A stretch of 64,000 nt of DNA, taken from Azolla caroliniana. Lineage: Eukaryota; Plantae; Polypodiophyta. Position numbers and translations under genes: made by a program. The stretch's first letter is position 1; each line of letters starts with the position of its first letter. This document shows positions 61,159 to 64,000 of this stretch, one piece after another. The notes beneath the pieces were generated by a model, which was not told the DNA's origin, searched no databases, and saw nothing but the letters and a program-made list of their open reading frames with translations. The stretch is from positions 3,782,001-3,846,000 of the forward strand of contig JBHGNT010000003.1 of NCBI GenBank assembly GCA_043228905.1, in the 5' to 3' direction.

Positions 61159-61317
61159 AGAGCAGACGAATCGATCTTCTTCGGCCTGTTGCTTCACTGC
61201 GTTCTTCTTCTTCTTCTTCGTCTTCGTCAGATTCTGAGTAAGAGTGTCGCCATCGCCACAAAAGCTCTTTTTTGAAAATAGTTTTCCCCGCCAAATGAAA
61301 AGCCAGATCCTTATTGT

Positions 61318-61371
61318 TATGTACATATACGTATACATACATGCGTATGTATGTATACGTATATGCGTATA

Positions 61372-61462
<91 letters not shown>

Positions 61463-61605
61463 GCAAGTATATGCATATGTTTATGTGTATGTGTATATAT
61501 GCATGTATAAGTATATTGTATACGTATATGCATATGTGTATGTGTACAGTGTATATATAATATGTATGTATAGGTATATGCATATGTGTATGTAAATGTA
61601 TATAT
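61318..61605. repeat. (TATGTG)n / AT-GT microsatellite upstream of COM1
   Basis: Direct reading. Confidence 0.95.
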
Positions 61606-64000
61606 TTTGGCGAGTTATTTTATCAGGCAAGGGTTCTTCGAGAGTGTTTGATGCTCTTGCCATTGACCAACTCACTCACATACCCGAGGCCCCTTAACAC
61701 ATCATTGAGCCACTCTTGCACAAATGGGCAATCAGGAGGTTTTGGGGCTTATAACTGTATCATCGAGCCACTCCTACATGGATCGAGGATTGGGGTTTCC
61801 AACGCCCAAAATGGAGTTTCAAGAGCTAAGACCAATGTTGTAAATTGGCCCTACCTATAAGGGAGAAGAACAATAAGAAAATAGAGTTGCTCGACAAGAA
61901 ACAAAGATAGGGAACACATGAGTATAGATGACGGACATAGGAACTCATCATCCAAGCAATTGTTGTTGTTGCATCAAAGCAACAACAATTGCAGTTAACA
62001 TTACTTGACAACAATGATGTTGCGAACCTCAACACCTGAGCCTTACATCCAATTTGCCGAACCTAGGCTCGGGGCCCAATTTAGGTTCCGCCTCTTTTTC
62101 ATTCCTCGACTTACACTTCACTACATACTTCCTTCACCATCCATCTATTGCTCACTTGTCTTCCTACTCACATTCCTAGGGGGAGCTTTATGTATTGGAA
62201 ATACCCTTTGATTCCAACAAATACTACAAAGTATTTAAACTATCCCTTCCCCGAAATCCTAAAGTTCCCCCATATATTAGTTTGACACTCAAATTGTGTT
62301 TGTTTTAGTGCCTATTATTTTGCTATTTCAAAATTTTTTGGGCTTCTTAATTTCATTTCTTTTTTTTCAATCACTTTTGTTTCATGATTGTTATAGTGCA
62401 ACAAGTACTAGGAATTTAAAGAATTGGATATTCCTTAAATTTTCTATATGAATGGTGGTCACGAATACCATGTTTCCAAATACTCTATAAAGGAAGAGGT
62501 CCGAAGCTAAAACTTAAAAATACACAACAAGAGATTGATCTCAATGAGAATAGGTATGAAGCTATGCCACATGAAATAAAATCATAGTTGATGAGAATGC
62601 TTCAACGCAAAGAATAACCTTAATTAGGCTAGAGTTGATGTGTTAGGTGCGTAGAGAGAAAGAAGCCAAATTTTCAAAGTTCATGGAAGGTCAAGATTCA
62701 AGTTGAACTAATCACCGAGGCAAAAGGTGAGAAAATGGAGATCAAGGAAACTTCATCATATATCTCAAATGGTAAGAGGAGAGGTCAAAAGTTCTAATAC
62801 TTGCTACATGTGTCAAAGAGGGAAAGATAAATTATGATCCATGAAGACAAGGAAGCATGAAGTAAATACATACATGATAATTTACATTCTGCAAAAATAA
62901 AGCACTAGTTCAAGGATAAGATTAAGAGCATGCTAAAAGAAGAACCATTGGTGCACATAAAAAAATGCAACACTATTCTTCCCAATAAAAGAGTTCCAAA
63001 GTGTTATAAAATTAGCAAGAGAGCTCGTTTGAGTTCATTACGATGGGGTTTCCAACACTCTAACTTTAGAGAACCAATCTTATGGGGTAGCAAATTGTGG
63101 GGCCACGACAGACACCGCCAATTATCAAGGTGACATGTCATTGATTGTACATGATTATATTGAATTCCTATTTTGCAAAGGGATTAACACAACTCATCTC
63201 TCAAAATGTTGCACTTCCAAGGGTCAATGCCGAGTCCCAAGAGGTCAGTTTTGTGTTAGTGGGCTAATCTAGGGATTCAAGGACGTCACCCCCTGATGGC
63301 AAATACCACATCATACATCAACGCATAAAGGCACTTACCTCTCTGCTCAATGCAACCTCATAAGCCTTGAAGGATTCTCGGGTTGATATAATGTAAGACA
63401 CACTTAGTCACTACATTAATTAATGAATATGTTAGTCTCAATTAAATAGATCTCTGTTAGGTATGTGGAAAAGCCATATTGAGGAAAATGACACTATGTA
63501 GATGTAAAGGGGAAAGAATAAGGACCAAAAGGCAGTCCCAATTATGGGGCACTTGAACTTAGAGCTCTTGTGCTTTTATACAAGTCAAAAACTCCAAAGA
63601 TTCGCTTTCACATTATAATCTTATTGTCCATTAACTATTCCTACCTAATAAAATGTAGTTCCCTACAAATTACAATATAACCATGTTTATTACATCATAC
63701 ATGCATTAGGTTTAGGACCAAAAGTTGAGATTGACATACTAAAGCCTTACAGGATTTGTTATTTATAAAGAAATATGACATTATTTCCTTAACAAATAAT
63801 CGTCCAACAATTTTTTAAGGAATGCGCTATTTGCCCCCCATTTTGGCTATTTGCCCCCTCGTTTTGGCTAAACCACTACATCCATTTTGGCCCCCCAAAC
63901 CCATTTTGGTCCCCCCCCCCCCTCATGGCAAAGTTATTGGGAAATTTTCAGAAGATATTACGCCCCTCCATGGTATAGCTCTGGATATGGGGAATGTTCA

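Noticed and set aside
61159-61533. N-terminal 125 aa of the 584-aa ORF (TYTYTY...)
   Set aside because: Produced by a stop-free microsatellite; COM1 similarity starts after MDQHEE at 61158.

Overview
Eukaryotic, land-plant genomic DNA (spliceosomal introns, plant LTR retrotransposons; a fern or other non-seed plant is my guess only). The first ~31 kb is a nest of decayed retroelements: a chromovirus fragment; a Tnt1/Tto1-like Copia element (2106-15956, minus, TSD CATAT) interrupted by a complete Athila-like Gypsy element (4997-14313, minus, 435-bp LTRs, TSD TCCTT); a second Copia family (18931-23161, TSD CATTG) inside a LINE remnant; and a second copy of the first Copia family (~25625-29978) inside another LINE. 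The remainder holds three apparently intact host genes: an MRG chromatin-reader gene (10 exons, minus), a PDAT acyltransferase gene (6 exons, plus) and a COM1/GR1 (SAE2/CtIP) gene (2 exons, minus), plus tandem arrays (3x100 bp, 5x373 bp) and microsatellites. The most unusual signal is in the Gypsy element: it has no polypurine tract. In its place, 2 nt before the 3' LTR, is a sense copy of a tRNA-Arg 3' end, i.e. a second, oppositely oriented primer-binding site. This suggests both DNA strands could be tRNA-primed. All family and tRNA assignments come from motif recognition, not database searches.
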